In this document: positions 28,978 to 40,300 of the stretch, piece after piece
Position numbering within the stretch: the stretch's first letter is position 1
Layout of the letters: each line of letters opens with the position of its first letter
From: an uncultured Alphaproteobacteria bacterium
GTDB lineage: Bacteria; Pseudomonadota; Alphaproteobacteria; Rhizobiales; Xanthobacteraceae
Assembly: GCA_963822935.1 (NCBI GenBank)
Contig: CAWGJP010000002.1
Location: forward strand, 119,381-183,380
Reading direction: 5' to 3'
DNA: 64,000 nucleotides
Notes under the pieces: generated by a model
Database searches by the model: none
The model's input: only the letters and a program-made list of their open reading frames with translations
Told to the model about the DNA's origin: nothing
Made by a program: the position numbers and the translations under genes

Positions 28978-29412
28978 CTACTGACAGGTGCGATAGAGCG
29001 CCGACAATTCCCGCCCGCGCATCGTAATAAGCCGAGGGGTCAGGCCGCCATGCCGGTTGATCCATGACCGGATTTGCTGCGGATAAAGCCCCATCACCAA
29101 GCGGCTGCCGCGGCGCGTCGGCACCAGCGATCGCGACGCGTCGTCATAGTAGGACGCCGCATGGAAGCCCAGCACGGCGCGCTGGGTGACGCAGACCCGA
29201 TTTCGCGGAATAATGCCGGTCAAGAGCGTGCAGGCCGAAAGGCATGGCCCGTCGATAACCACGTGCTCGCCGGAATCGCGCATCGCATGGAACTTCTGGA
29301 TATAAGAGGAAACTTCGCCGCCCGGATCGCTTACGATACGAACATCGGCTGATGCCGCAGAAGTCACCAGGGCCGACGCCAGGGCGCCGGCCAGAACCGC
29401 TTGCCATCTCAT
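28978..29412 (-). CDS. secreted hypothetical protein
   Basis: Signal peptide MRWQAVLAGALASALVTSAASA. The mature part has SDPGGEVSS...IDGPCLSACTLL, reminiscent of ClpP/SppA-fold proteins. Confidence 0.55.
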   Translation of the reverse strand: MRWQAVLAGALASALVTSAASADVRIVSDPGGEVSSYIQKFHAMRDSGEHVVIDGPCLSACTLLTGIIPRNRVCVTQRAVLGFHAASYYDDASRSLVPTRRGSRLVMGLYPQQIRSWINRHGGLTPRLITMRGRELSALYRTCQ

Positions 29413-29617
29413 GAGTAACCCTCTCCCCGCTCAATCGTCCGTGATATCTCCCGGCATTGTGGCAAGAGTTCGGGGATTCCCCGACTTTATGCCGATAATC
29501 GATGGTCGCCGGCGGCGCATACGCGCGCAGCAAGGGATGCTATAAGAAGCCACGACACCCCGCAGGCGTGATCGATCACCCGTTCGGCAAAAAACACCGC
29601 AAAAAGAGTGCTTACAC

Positions 29618-31375
29618 ATGGAAACGTCAGTCGCGCGTAAATTGGATCAGCAATCCAATGTTCCGGATTTCGCCACGGCCTATTACCTGCTCGAAGGCCT
29701 GAACGAGATCGGCATCGATTACCTGTTTTGTAATTTTGGAACCGATCACGCTCCGATCATCGACGAGATGGCGCATCGCAAGAAACGCGGCGATGCGATG
29801 CCCGGCATCGTGCGCTGCCCGCACGAGAACACCGCCGCCCACATGGCGGCGGGTTATGCGCTGGTCACCGGACGCGGCCAGGGTGTCCTGGTCCATGTCG
29901 ACGTCGGCACCGCCAATACCGCAAACGGCATGCACAACCTGTTCCGCAGCCGGCTCCCCGTTCTGTTGATGGCCGGCAAGGCGCCGTATACCGCCAATGA
30001 CGAGCTTGTCGGCTCGCGCGATACCTACGTGCATTTCGTGCAGGAACCGTTCGACCAGGCGAGCCTAGTGCGGCCCTATCTGAAGTGGGAATGGACGCTG
30101 CCGTCGGGCGTCGTCGTCAAGGAGGCGCTGCGGCGGGCTTCCTCGATCATGCAAAGCGAGCCGCGCGGCCCGGTTTATCTGATGATGCAGCGCGAGACGC
30201 TGACGCAGCATTGGAAGGCCGACGAGATCCGGCGCTACACGGCCGATCAATTTGCGGCGACGTCGGGCGGGAGCGCCGACCCCAAACTTGTCACCGCACT
30301 CGCCGACAAGCTTTTGACGGCACAAAATCCGATCCTGATCACCGGCTATGCCGGTCGCCATGCGCATGGGTCACGCGCCATCGACGCGCTGGCGCAATTT
30401 GCCGGCATCGCCGTCTACGAAGCGAACATGACCAACAATATCTCGCACGACAGCCCGTGCTTCGTCGGGTTTTCGCCCGACAAGGCGATCCCGGAGGCCG
30501 ATGTGGGGTTGCTGGTCGACGTCGACGTGCCGTGGTTCCCGAGCGCCGTGCATGCCGACGACAAGACGTTCTGGGCGCATATCGACATCGATATTCTCAA
30601 GCCCGGCTCGCCGATGTGGACCTTCCCCGGCAATATCCGCATGCAGGGCGACAGCGGTCACATCCTCGATCAGGTGCTGGCGGAGCTGAAAGCGAAAGCG
30701 ACGCCGCAATTCAAGCAAGCGGTGGCGGCACGGATGACGCGCATCAAGGCCGCCCGCGACGAACGCATCGCGCGTGCCGCCAAGCTCGCGGCGGATAAAG
30801 GCAAGCCTGGCGCGATCAACCCGCATTATCTGATGGCGGAGCTGGGCAAGCTGCTCGACGACGAAGACATGATCTTCAACGAAGGTGTCACCAATGCCGC
30901 GGCGGTGCTGATGCAGATTCCGCGACGCGTGCCCAACACCACGGTGCGGGCCGGCGGCGGCGGGCTGGGCTGGTCCGGCGGCACGGCGCTCGGCGCCAAG
31001 CTCGCCGCGCCCAACCGCCTTGCGGTGCAGATTTGCGGCGATGGCGGCTTTTATTTCGGCAACCCGCCCTCAGTCTTCGCGGTCTCACAGCAATATAAGC
31101 TGCCGATTTTGTCCATCGTCATGGACAACACCGGCTGGAACGCGGTGAAGCAATCGACGTTGCGCGTGTATCCCGAAGGCGAAGCGAAATCCGTCAATTC
31201 CTTCGAGGCGGAGCTCGCGCCGGACGTCCACTTCGCCAAGATCGGCGAAGCCTTCGGCGCTTATGCCGAGGAAGTCAGCGATCCTGCCGATGTGGCCGCG
31301 GCGCTGGCGCGATGCGTCAACGAAGTCCGCGGCGGCCGCACCGCGCTGCTGCACGCCCGCGTGACGAAGCTCTAA
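29618..31375 (+). CDS. thiamine pyrophosphate-dependent enzyme (acetolactate synthase-like)
   Basis: 585 aa with N-terminal HENTAAHMAAGYA and C-terminal GDGGFYF...NTGWN TPP-binding motif. Confidence 0.85.
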   Translation: METSVARKLDQQSNVPDFATAYYLLEGLNEIGIDYLFCNFGTDHAPIIDEMAHRKKRGDAMPGIVRCPHENTAAHMAAGYALVTGRGQGVLVHVDVGTANTANGMHNLFRSRLPVLLMAGKAPYTANDELVGSRDTYVHFVQEPFDQASLVRPYLKWEWTLPSGVVVKEALRRASSIMQSEPRGPVYLMMQRETLTQHWKADEIRRYTADQFAATSGGSADPKLVTALADKLLTAQNPILITGYAGRHAHGSRAIDALAQFAGIAVYEANMTNNISHDSPCFVGFSPDKAIPEADVGLLVDVDVPWFPSAVHADDKTFWAHIDIDILKPGSPMWTFPGNIRMQGDSGHILDQVLAELKAKATPQFKQAVAARMTRIKAARDERIARAAKLAADKGKPGAINPHYLMAELGKLLDDEDMIFNEGVTNAAAVLMQIPRRVPNTTVRAGGGGLGWSGGTALGAKLAAPNRLAVQICGDGGFYFGNPPSVFAVSQQYKLPILSIVMDNTGWNAVKQSTLRVYPEGEAKSVNSFEAELAPDVHFAKIGEAFGAYAEEVSDPADVAAALARCVNEVRGGRTALLHARVTKL

Positions 31376-31403
31376 GAACGCCCGATCCTTCAATAAATAA
31401 TCA

Positions 31404-31433
31404 TGCTCATCCCCGCCCGGGCGGGAATGAGCA
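31404..31433. terminator. GC-rich hairpin between convergent genes (REP-like, possible bidirectional terminator)
   Basis: TGCTCAT/ATGAGCA outer arms enclose the self-complementary CCCGCCCGGGCGGG. No clear U-tract. Confidence 0.4.
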
Positions 31434-31458
31434 GAGCAGATTCGTGCGACGCTCGACT

Positions 31459-32409
31459 TTATGGGCTGGCGTGGTTGATGAATTTTTCCGGCGGCCGTTC
31501 GCCCCATTGCGATCGCAGCGCTTCGTCGGCCGGAATGAGATGAGAGCCGTTGGCGAGGTTGAGGCGATCACTGTCGGCCCAATGCTCGTGGACGCGGCCC
31601 CAGGGATCGGCCCAGTAATCATAGACCTGGCTGCCAAGAACGTGGCGGCCGATGCCCCACATGTGCTCGTAGCTGCCAAACGATTTGAGATAGTCGTGGC
31701 CCATGCACACGTCGTCGATATCCGGCACCTCGAATGAAAGATGATTCAATCCGGTCTTCTCGTGACGAAGGCAGAAGAAGACGTGGTGGTCGACGTAGGT
31801 ATCGCCGCGGTCACAACGATTGAACGATCCAATCAGATTGTCCTGGTTCTCGACATAGACGTCGTCGGAGCAGATCATGCCCAGCGTATCGCGAAACCAA
31901 TCGACGGTTTCACGAAAGCGCGGGGTCATCAGCACGCCGTGGCCGACGCGTTTGACGTGCGCCGGCCCTTTGGGCAACCGCATCAATTCGCCGGCGCGCG
32001 CGGTCGGTGCCTCGCCGGTGTTGAGTTTTTGCCGCCTGACCGAAATGGCGTCGACCGGCGCAATGCCGCAAACGACCTCGATCTGATAGCCGTTCGGCTC
32101 GGTCAGCCGTACACGCTTGCCGCCGCCCGGTTCGTCGATATTTTCGACCCCGGTGGCGCCCGGCGCCTTGGCCAGCCGCTTTAAATCGTCTTCGCTGTCG
32201 ACGTAATAGGCAAGACCGATGAATTTCGAGTCGTTGCCCTTTTCGGTGACATGGATGTGGTGCGTGGGGTCGGTGCCGCGCATGTACAACGCAGTGCTGG
32301 TCCGCTCGGCCCGGCGCATGCCGAACCGGGTCAGAAATTCCTCCATGACGTCAAGATCGGGGGCCCGAAGGCGCCCATAGGCGATGTCGCTCACCTTGGC
32401 CCAGGACAT
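31459..32409 (-). CDS. VOC family / extradiol-dioxygenase-like two-domain protein
   Basis: In-frame ATG at 32409 (MSWAKVSDIAYGRLRAPDLDVMEEFLTRFGM...). Second domain has RVGHGVLMT...LNHLSFEV. The longer track ORF overlaps the symporter gene. Confidence 0.75.
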   Translation of the reverse strand: MSWAKVSDIAYGRLRAPDLDVMEEFLTRFGMRRAERTSTALYMRGTDPTHHIHVTEKGNDSKFIGLAYYVDSEDDLKRLAKAPGATGVENIDEPGGGKRVRLTEPNGYQIEVVCGIAPVDAISVRRQKLNTGEAPTARAGELMRLPKGPAHVKRVGHGVLMTPRFRETVDWFRDTLGMICSDDVYVENQDNLIGSFNRCDRGDTYVDHHVFFCLRHEKTGLNHLSFEVPDIDDVCMGHDYLKSFGSYEHMWGIGRHVLGSQVYDYWADPWGRVHEHWADSDRLNLANGSHLIPADEALRSQWGERPPEKFINHASP

Positions 32410-32501
32410 ATCATACTCCCTCGCATGTCGTTCGACGGGCATCGATACCCGCGCGGCTATCGCAAGTGTGCCACGATCAATGCCACACCGGCAATAATCG
32501 C

Positions 32502-34043
32502 TCACATGCGATAATCGCTCGGCACGGTTGCGTCGACCTGCTTGCCGCCCATGGCGTTGAACAAGGGCGTCAGCACAATGGCCACGACGAGGTTGAGAAT
32601 CACGGTGTAGAGCGCCGCGTAACCGGGGAAGGTGTGACCGGCTATTGCCAGCGGATAGTTTGGCGCCCAGTTTGCCGCGTTGAACATCCAAACTCCCACC
32701 GCGGTGCCCACCGCCCAGCCGACCAGCAACGCCCAAGCGTTGAACCAGCGCGTATAGACGCCGAGCATGACCGATGGCAGCGTCTGGATGATCAGAATGC
32801 CGCCAAGCAATTGCAAGTAGATTGCATATTGCGTCGGCACGGCGATGATGAAAATGAGCGCGCCCAATTTCACGATCAACGACACCCATTTCGCCATCTG
32901 CGCTTCTTGTTTATCCGTCGGGTTTTGGTTGATGAACTCGCGATGGATATTGCGGGTGTAAAGATTGGCAGCGGCAATCGACATAATCGCAGCCGGCACC
33001 AAGGCGCCGATGCCGACCGCCGCAAAGGCGATGCCGGCGAACCACGATGGGAAACTGTGCAGGATCAGCGCCGGCACGGCGAAGTTGTTGCCGAACTGCT
33101 TAAAGCCGCCGGCAAATTCCGGCATGGTGCTGACGCCGGCAGCGATGGCGAAGAAGCCGACCAGGGCCAACAAACCGAGCATGAAGGAATAGCCCGGCAG
33201 CATCGCGGCATTGCGGCGGATGGCGTGACCGCTCGAAGCCGCCAAAATGCCGGTTACGGAATGTGGGTAGAGGAACAGCGCCAGTGCCGAACCGAGCGCG
33301 AGCGTGGCATAGACGCCGTATGAGCCGGTGGTGTTGGCGCCGGGAACCGCCAGCAACAATTTCGCCGGCGGTATCGCGGCGAAAATCTTGCCAAAGCCGC
33401 CGAGCTCGATCGGCACCACGATCACGGCGGCGAAGGCCGTCACGTAGATCAGAATGTCCTTGACGATGGCGATCGACGCCGGCGCCCGCAGACCGCTGCT
33501 ATAGGTGAACGCTGCCAGGATGATGAAGGCCAATATAAGCGGCAGATCGGCCGCAAACCCCGTCCCCGAGACGCCCATTGCACCGATCACCACCTGCAGG
33601 CCGACAAGCTGCAGCGCGATATAAGGCATGGTGGCGACAATGCCGGTGACCGTCACCGCCAAGGCGAGCCAGCGGTTGCCGAAGCGGCCGCGCACGAAAT
33701 CGGCCGGCGTGATGTAATTGTGCTTGTGGCAGACATGCCAGAGCCGTGGAAACACCAGAAACAGGATCGGATAGATCATGATGGTGTACGGCACCGCGAA
33801 GAAGGCGATGGCGCCGGCGCCGAAGGCGAGCGCCGGAACGGCGATAAACGTGTAGGCCGTATAAAGATCGCCGCCAACCAGGAACCAGGTGATGACGGTG
33901 CCGAACCGCCGGCCGCCCAAGCCCCACTCATGGAGTTGATCGAGGTCGCCCTTGCGCCACTGCGCGGCAGCAAATCCCAGCCACGTTATAAATCCGAACA
34001 GCACTACGAAAATGATGAGAGCGGTCCAGTTGATCTCCTGCAC
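32502..34043 (-). CDS. sodium:solute symporter family transporter
   Basis: 513 aa with about 13 hydrophobic spans. GTG at 34043 is preceded by GGGGAGG 7 nt upstream. It follows a DUF3311 gene, as is typical. Confidence 0.85.
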   Translation of the reverse strand: MQEINWTALIIFVVLFGFITWLGFAAAQWRKGDLDQLHEWGLGGRRFGTVITWFLVGGDLYTAYTFIAVPALAFGAGAIAFFAVPYTIMIYPILFLVFPRLWHVCHKHNYITPADFVRGRFGNRWLALAVTVTGIVATMPYIALQLVGLQVVIGAMGVSGTGFAADLPLILAFIILAAFTYSSGLRAPASIAIVKDILIYVTAFAAVIVVPIELGGFGKIFAAIPPAKLLLAVPGANTTGSYGVYATLALGSALALFLYPHSVTGILAASSGHAIRRNAAMLPGYSFMLGLLALVGFFAIAAGVSTMPEFAGGFKQFGNNFAVPALILHSFPSWFAGIAFAAVGIGALVPAAIMSIAAANLYTRNIHREFINQNPTDKQEAQMAKWVSLIVKLGALIFIIAVPTQYAIYLQLLGGILIIQTLPSVMLGVYTRWFNAWALLVGWAVGTAVGVWMFNAANWAPNYPLAIAGHTFPGYAALYTVILNLVVAIVLTPLFNAMGGKQVDATVPSDYRM

Positions 34044-34121
34044 GGCATGCCTCCCCAGGCTTGGCTTCTGTATTGCCGATTGGCTCGCACGCTCGAGTCC
34101 GCGTCGCACGCTTTTTGGGCG

Positions 34122-34325
34122 TCAGGCCTCGGTCACGAAGTAAACGATCGCGGTCAGAACCGCGCCGATAACGACCCAGAGCATCTGATACCAGTAGAAG
34201 AACGGTATGCCGGCCCAGGATGGCTCGACCGAGTTGTAAAACGCCGGCCACAGCACCGCGGCAAACTGCAGGACGAAGAGCAGATACCACCAGTTCCAGC
34301 CGCGCCTTTCGGTTTGTAGATCCAT
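34122..34325 (-). CDS. DUF3311-type small membrane protein
   Basis: 67 aa: MDLQTERRGWNWWYLLFVLQFAAVLWPAFYN...FFYWYQMLWVVIGAVL. Strong SD (GGGGGAGAGGA). The longer track ORF runs through the tRNA gene. Confidence 0.7.
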   Translation of the reverse strand: MDLQTERRGWNWWYLLFVLQFAAVLWPAFYNSVEPSWAGIPFFYWYQMLWVVIGAVLTAIVYFVTEA

Positions 34326-34468
34326 GGTTTTCCTCTCCCCCAAACGAGCCATTCTAAGCTCTGAGCGGGACGATAGCCGGTGCATTACGCCAATCAAGAA
34401 AAAAGTCGCCGAAAACGAGCAAACCGATCCGGCTTCTTCCCTTTGACCGCACTGCAATATCGAAGAGC

Positions 34469-34543
34469 TGGAGCGGGCGATGGGAATCGAACCCACGACA
34501 TACAGCTTGGGAAGCTGTCGTTCTACCACTGAACTACGCCCGC
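34469..34543 (-). tRNA. tRNA-Gly (anticodon CCC)
   Basis: The reverse complement GCGGGCGTAGTTCAGTGGTAGAACGACAGCTTCCCAAGCTGTATGTCGTGGGTTCGATTCCCATCGCCCGCTCCA folds as a cloverleaf. The anticodon loop is TTCCCAA and CCA is encoded. Confidence 0.9.
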
Positions 34544-34646
34544 AACGTGGACTAGAATAGCGAAGTCCGGCAGCGCGCGGCAAGCGTTACGCCGCTTCTA
34601 GCTGCGGAGCGCGGTCGAGTTCAGCCCGAGATCAAGAGCTACTCCC

Positions 34647-35060
34647 ATGCCATCAGACGATAACGTCGAGGTTCTGTCGCCACCCGGCGCCATCAAGCCG
34701 ACCGGCACCTGGAATGTCGGCGTGCGCGCCGGCGATTTCGTCTTCGTGGCCGGCATGCGCGGCATCGACCCGGCGACAAACCGGTTGGTCGATGGGGCCG
34801 AGGCCCGCATTCGCCGGGCGTTCGAGAACATGAAGACCATCGTCGAGGCGGCCGGCGGCACGCTGCGCAATACCGTACGACTGGTGGTCTATGTCACCGA
34901 CGTGGATCGCTACCGGCCACTCGTGAACGAAATTCAAGAAGATCTTTGGGCCGGCATCCCTTATCCCCCGCGCACGATCGTCGAGGTGAGCCGTCTCAAT
35001 CAGGATGACATCGTCGAGGTGGAAGGAACGTTCTTTTGTCCGGCACAATCCCGCCCCTAA
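34647..35060 (+). CDS. RidA/YjgF family protein
   Basis: 137 aa with FVFVAGMRGIDP, VYVTD and PPRTIVEVSRL. Confidence 0.85.
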   Translation: MPSDDNVEVLSPPGAIKPTGTWNVGVRAGDFVFVAGMRGIDPATNRLVDGAEARIRRAFENMKTIVEAAGGTLRNTVRLVVYVTDVDRYRPLVNEIQEDLWAGIPYPPRTIVEVSRLNQDDIVEVEGTFFCPAQSRP

Positions 35061-35071
35061 GTGCTGGACGT

Positions 35072-36748
35072 TTAGGCCGCGCAGATCGCAGCGAGAAGCT
35101 TTTCCATCTCGATGGATAGCCGGTTGCCCTCCTGCGACAGTGACTTTGCCGAGGCGAGGATTTGCGTCGAGGCCGAGGTGATACCTCCGGCGCTGTCGTT
35201 GACCTCGGCTATATTGGCGGCGACGTTTGCTGCGCTGCCGGTCGCGGCCTGCAGGTTTGCCGCGATGTCGCGGGTGGTCGCTTCTTGCAGCTCGACCGCG
35301 TCGGTGATGACGGCTGCGATATCGGCGATACGGCCGATGGTATCGCCGATCTCCTTGATGCTAACGACGGAATCCTGTGTCGCCGCCTGCACCCCGGCGA
35401 TCTGCAAGCCAATCTCACCGGTCGCCTTCGCCGTCTGCGCCGCCAGCGCCTTGACCTCTTGCGCGACGATTGCAAAGCCCTTGCCGGACTCGCCGGCGCG
35501 CGCGGCTTCGATCGTGGCGTTGAGCGCCAGCAGATTCGTCTGTTCGGCGATCGCGGTAATCAGTTTCACTACGTCGGTGATGCGCGCCGCGGCGCGCGTC
35601 AATTCGGCGATGCGGCCGTCCGTTTTCCCGGCCTGCACCACTGCGTCGCGCGCAATGCGGGTCAATTCGCGCACCTGACGGCTGATCTCGCCAACCGAAG
35701 CGATCAGTTCCTCAATGGCGCGCGACACAGTGCCGACGTTCTCGGCGGCTTCGGTCGAAGCGGCAAGCACCCTGCCGGACAAATCGCGCGTCGCGCCGGC
35801 CATCTCGCCGAGTGTCTCGGCGGAGGCCTCGAGCTCGGTGGACGACGTCGATACCGAGCGCACCACGCTTGCCACCGTCGCCTCGAACGTACTGGCGACA
35901 TTATGAATGTCGGTACGGCGCTGCTCGGCCACTCGGCGCGCGGTTTCCTTTTCGGCGATTTCCAATTGCTCGATGCGGACGAGCTTTTCCTTGAATGTCT
36001 GCGCTGCTCGCGCGGTATCGCCGACCTCGTCGGCTCGACCGGTATAGGGAACCTCGACGTCCTTATTGCCGTGAGCGATTTCGAGCAGAACGTCGCCGAT
36101 GCGGCGGATCGGCTTGATGATGGCAAGCGCGCCGAACAAAGCGAAACCGCCGAGGACCGCGACCACGAATAGACCGATGGCGAGATCGACGCGGCCGACG
36201 TGTTCGCGCTGGGAGCTGGCTTGCGCTTCGCGCTGTTCGGCCGCTTCAATCAGATCGCCAGTCGAGTGCTCGATCAGCGCGTTCATCGCATTGCCGATTT
36301 CGCCGGCGCGTTGGACCATGGCGACAGTGTCGCCGTAATCCTTCGCGGCCGCCGCGAGCTTGCCGCTGACACCCACATAGTCAGTGGCCAACGCGTCGAG
36401 CTTTTGCAGCTTGGTTTTGTCGGCAGGCGCGTCGCTTAAGGCAATCGCGGTTTTGATATGCCTTGACGCGGCGGCGGCATCGGCACGCAGGCGATCAAAT
36501 GCGTGGTCGACCTCGCTCGGCGCGATGGCCAGACGCATCTCGCGCAATTCGAGCCGCACGTTGCCTAGGTCTTTGGCGGCGCGTAGCGCCTCGACCGCGG
36601 TGAGCTGTTTGCTGTCGGCAAGCTCGCGCAGACGCGCGGCGGAGCGGTCGCCGATTTGCTGCTCGACAAGCATTCCGGCGACCAGAACGACGCCCAGCGC
36701 CGACCAGATCGCGAGCTTCGTGCGGATGGATAGATCGAAGCGCGGCAT
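35072..36748 (-). CDS. methyl-accepting chemotaxis protein
   Basis: TM, periplasmic region, TM, HAMP, then the signalling domain with the conserved [37 protein letters not shown]. The ATG at 36748 is preferred. Confidence 0.85.
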   Translation of the reverse strand: MPRFDLSIRTKLAIWSALGVVLVAGMLVEQQIGDRSAARLRELADSKQLTAVEALRAAKDLGNVRLELREMRLAIAPSEVDHAFDRLRADAAAASRHIKTAIALSDAPADKTKLQKLDALATDYVGVSGKLAAAAKDYGDTVAMVQRAGEIGNAMNALIEHSTGDLIEAAEQREAQASSQREHVGRVDLAIGLFVVAVLGGFALFGALAIIKPIRRIGDVLLEIAHGNKDVEVPYTGRADEVGDTARAAQTFKEKLVRIEQLEIAEKETARRVAEQRRTDIHNVASTFEATVASVVRSVSTSSTELEASAETLGEMAGATRDLSGRVLAASTEAAENVGTVSRAIEELIASVGEISRQVRELTRIARDAVVQAGKTDGRIAELTRAAARITDVVKLITAIAEQTNLLALNATIEAARAGESGKGFAIVAQEVKALAAQTAKATGEIGLQIAGVQAATQDSVVSIKEIGDTIGRIADIAAVITDAVELQEATTRDIAANLQAATGSAANVAANIAEVNDSAGGITSASTQILASAKSLSQEGNRLSIEMEKLLAAICAA

Positions 36749-36901
36749 CGTGGAGGAGCCACCTGGGTCACAATCAGCATTGAACCGACTGGTTAAAACT
36801 GGGTTAAAGGTGGGCCTAAGGGGTTGCGCGGCCTCGGGTAAAACAACTATGGGATGCACCGCTCCGATCTGCGACCAAACCGCGATGGAAGGGAATTGCG
36901 G

Positions 36902-37249
36902 CTACTGTCGACCGAACTGTTTGCGCAATTCGGCTTTGGCGCGCTGCAGCGCCTTGCGCCTTGCCGGCGGCAGAGTCTTGCCGGCACGATTGATGTAGAA
37001 GCTCAGCATCGAGAGTGCCGAACGATAGGGGTCGGACCTGCGGCTGCGCTCCGCCGACCGCTTTAGTGAGGCGGCGATCGCCTTTGGATCGCGTTGGCTG
37101 AATACCCCCTGTTTCAAGTCCAGGGCGTCACTTTCTCGCGTGACCCGCCCGGACCAACGATTTGAGGCGCGCCGAGCGGATTTGCGCCGGGCCGGTTTGG
37201 TCCGCGCGATCTTGCGCCGCGACGATTTTCGAGGGGAGGTTTTAGCCAC
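36902..37249 (-). CDS. DUF3175 domain protein
   Basis: C-terminal ...ALDLKQGVFSQRDPKAIAASLKRSAERS...ALSMLSFYINRAGKTLPP. GTG at 37249 with AGGGAA upstream. The longer track ORF would overlap the upstream gene. Confidence 0.6.
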   Translation of the reverse strand: MAKTSPRKSSRRKIARTKPARRKSARRASNRWSGRVTRESDALDLKQGVFSQRDPKAIAASLKRSAERSRRSDPYRSALSMLSFYINRAGKTLPPARRKALQRAKAELRKQFGRQ

Positions 37250-37325
37250 GACGATTCCCTGCGCAATCACCTGCGCGTTGATAAGAACCGCGGTGCTAGG
37301 TTCTTTGTTCCCGACGGAGGCGTGC

Positions 37326-40300
37326 CTATTCGGCAGCGATGGCATGGACCGGGGCCGAAGCAAGATCGGCGAGACATTTGGCCAATGCTTCGCCGTCGGG
37401 ATCGAGCAGTGCCGCGGTTCGCGCGCTGACGACGGCGTCGATAGCCGTACGCAAGGAAATTTCCCCCGCCAACGCGGGCGCAATGACGCGCTCCACGATC
37501 AGGCGATAATTGCCGCTGCCGCGCTTATGGGTGTCGCCATAGCCTTTGATGAGACGGGCGCATTCGGCGATCTCGATGGCAAGCTCGGGCGAATGCACCG
37601 CAGCCCGCGCGATAAGCTCAAGCCACGCCTCGATTTGTTGCTGCTCCTCCTGGAAGCGGAAGGTTTTGCGCCGGAAGCGGCGCAGCGCGGCGAGCAGCTT
37701 GAAACGCAGATAGCCGGAGACCGACGCGGTATTGACCGCCATGCCCCAATGAACGCTGCCGAATGCAGGATGACGTTTCGCCAAGTCGAGAATGGGCCGC
37801 GCCAGCCATGACGGCAGAACCGAGCAGAATTCGTCGATTCCCGGCTTGAGGAATTCCGTGACGGTGAAGGTCTGCTCCGGTTTAATGCCAAGCTCGCGCG
37901 CAATACGGTCAAGCCGCGCCGGGTCGATCTTGGCCTGCGCGACGCGGATCACGTCCTCATAGGACATCCGCACTGCGAGCTGCCGCGCCGTCGCGGCGAG
38001 AAGCCGGCCGTTGGCCGCGGACTTCACATCGGCGAGGCGGATCGGATCGAGACGATTCAGATAAAGCCGCGCATAGGCAAGATCCTGATAAGCGGCGAGG
38101 CGGCGAACACCCTCGGTCGTGAACACACGCGCCGCCTCGGGCATATCCGCGACGGCTCGTTCGAGATCGGCGAGTGAAACGGACGGCGCGCTCTGACGTT
38201 TGATCGGTTCCGGGCGCCGTTGCGATCCGGCCTGCGCCGCATCGTAGCCTGCCCGGAAGCCGCGCAGATTGGCGGCAACCGCTTTGCCATCGGCACGGAT
38301 CGCCGCTTCGAATGCTTCGGCGGGAATCGGCAACGCCGCCGCACCGGCAATCGAACCGAGCATCACCGCATTGATCATGGCGCCGCTCTGCTTCGCAACT
38401 GCTTCAAGGTCGAACAGCAGGGCACTCTTCGAATTCTTCTCCACCGCGGCGATGAAGCGGTCCGGATCGTAGCGGCCGTCGCCCATCGCCAACTTCTCGA
38501 CCGTCAAATAGGAGCGGCTCGTCGAGGCAATTGTCGTGGTGCGTTCGGGCGTGACAAAGCCGCTGGCGATGGCGCGACCGGCTTCCATCAATTCGCTCGC
38601 CACCACCAGGTCGACGTCGCCGACACCGGGCGCCAGTCCCAGGATCGGACGGGGATCGGGTGCGGACCTCGGCGTCGGCACCAGCTCAATATGATAAGTT
38701 GTGGCGCCCGTGCGTTGCGCGACGCCGGGAATCGACGTCGATTGCACCGGGAAGCCTTCGCTCGTCGCCGCGGCGACGATCCAATCCGTCAGCACGCCAC
38801 CACCCTCGCCGCCAAGCGCGGCAATCAGAATTGTGAGCGGACGAAGCGAACTCTTCTCCTGTCCGGATCGAGACGGAGAGTAGGAAAGGCTGGTGGCGGC
38901 TGGCGCGCGCGAGACATTGCCGTCCTCGCGCCCCTTCAATCGCGGCGATGAAATCGGATTGCTGCCATCCGCTAACCATCCAACGACATGGACGCGCACG
39001 CGGCTGAGCGCGCGATCCCACCAAGTCGGATTGCTGACGACATCGGCGCGATAGAACGATGGGCAAAGCACGGCCGCATGGGCGACTTCGCCGCACAGCC
39101 CGCAGCCGACGCAGCTCTCGATCACGGTCGCCACCGGATCGGAGCGCAACGGATCGGGATTGGGCTTGACCGTCAGCGATGGGCAGCCGGACAGCCGGAT
39201 GCAGGAGTGGTCGCCGGTGCAGATTTCGTCGTCGACGCCGTAGCGCGTCTTCAACACGCGCTCACCGCGGTTGAGCTTCTCGGCGTCCTCGGCGCGAACG
39301 CGGCGCTGGCGCGCCAGCATGCATTCGCCGTCGGCGATGATCACCTTGAGGCCCCGTTCGGCCGTGCGCATCGCTTCCTTCAGCGTCGTCGCCATCTTCG
39401 CCACGCTGTAGCTGCGCACCGTGCGCAGCCAAGTGACGCCGAGCGAGCGCAGCGTGTTTTCGATGGTGATGCCGGTCGGCGTGCCACTGCGGTTTGCCTT
39501 ACTCGACGGCAGATATTGCTGGCCGGTGGCGGAAGCGTAGCCGTTTTGCATGACGACAAGGACGCCGTCGCCGTTGTTGAACATATTCGAGGCGGCGCCG
39601 GTGATGAGCCCGTTGTGCCAGAAACCGCCATCCCCCATGATCGAGATCGTCCGCTTCTTCATGTTCGGGCCGATCGCGGCCGCACTGGCGAGCGACATGC
39701 CGTAGCCGAGAATGGAGTTGCCGAGCGAAAACGGCGCGAAGGTCGCGAACGAATGGCAGCCGATATCGGCACTGATATGGGTCGGGCCGATCTCGCGCTG
39801 GGCAAGCTTTATCGCGGCAAACACCGGCCGCTCGGGACAGCCGGTACAAAAATTCGGCGGCCGCGGTGGAATGTTGCCGACAGCGGCGGCAATGTTCGAT
39901 TTGTGCTCGACTATCGCGGTGACCTGCGCCGACACGGTGTCGGTATCGATGCCGGAGGGGCGCGTCTCCAACAGGAACGCGACGATGCCGCTTAGAAAAG
40001 CTTCCGACGTATAGTCGCCGCTGCGCGGCAGACAGCCCTTGCCGAGCACGCGGGTCTGGATATCCGCGCCGCGTAAGATGACATTGACTTGCTGCTCGAC
40101 ATAGTCGGGCGAGCCTTCCTCGACCACCAGCACCGCGCGCTTGCCGGCGCAGAAATTTTTCACCTCCTCCGCCACCAGCGGATAGGCGACATTGAGCACA
40201 TAGATCGGCACCCGCGAGACACCGTAAAGGTCGGCGAGATCGAGACGCGCCAGCGCCCGAAGAAGCCCATTGGTCAGGCCGCCGAGAACGATGATGCCGA

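Noticed and set aside
32410-32889. 5' extension of the VOC-family ORF (476-aa version)
   Set aside because: The extension overlaps the 3' end of the symporter gene and is Arg/His-rich. The internal ATG at 32409 gives a normal two-domain VOC protein.
34326-34583. 5' extension of the DUF3311 ORF (153-aa version)
   Set aside because: The extension reads straight through the tRNA-Gly gene. The 67-aa version has a strong SD.
34326-34646. tRNA-Gly as a genomic-island integration site
   Set aside because: No integrase gene flanks it, I found no duplicated tRNA 3'-end segment by eye, and both flanks are ordinary metabolic genes.
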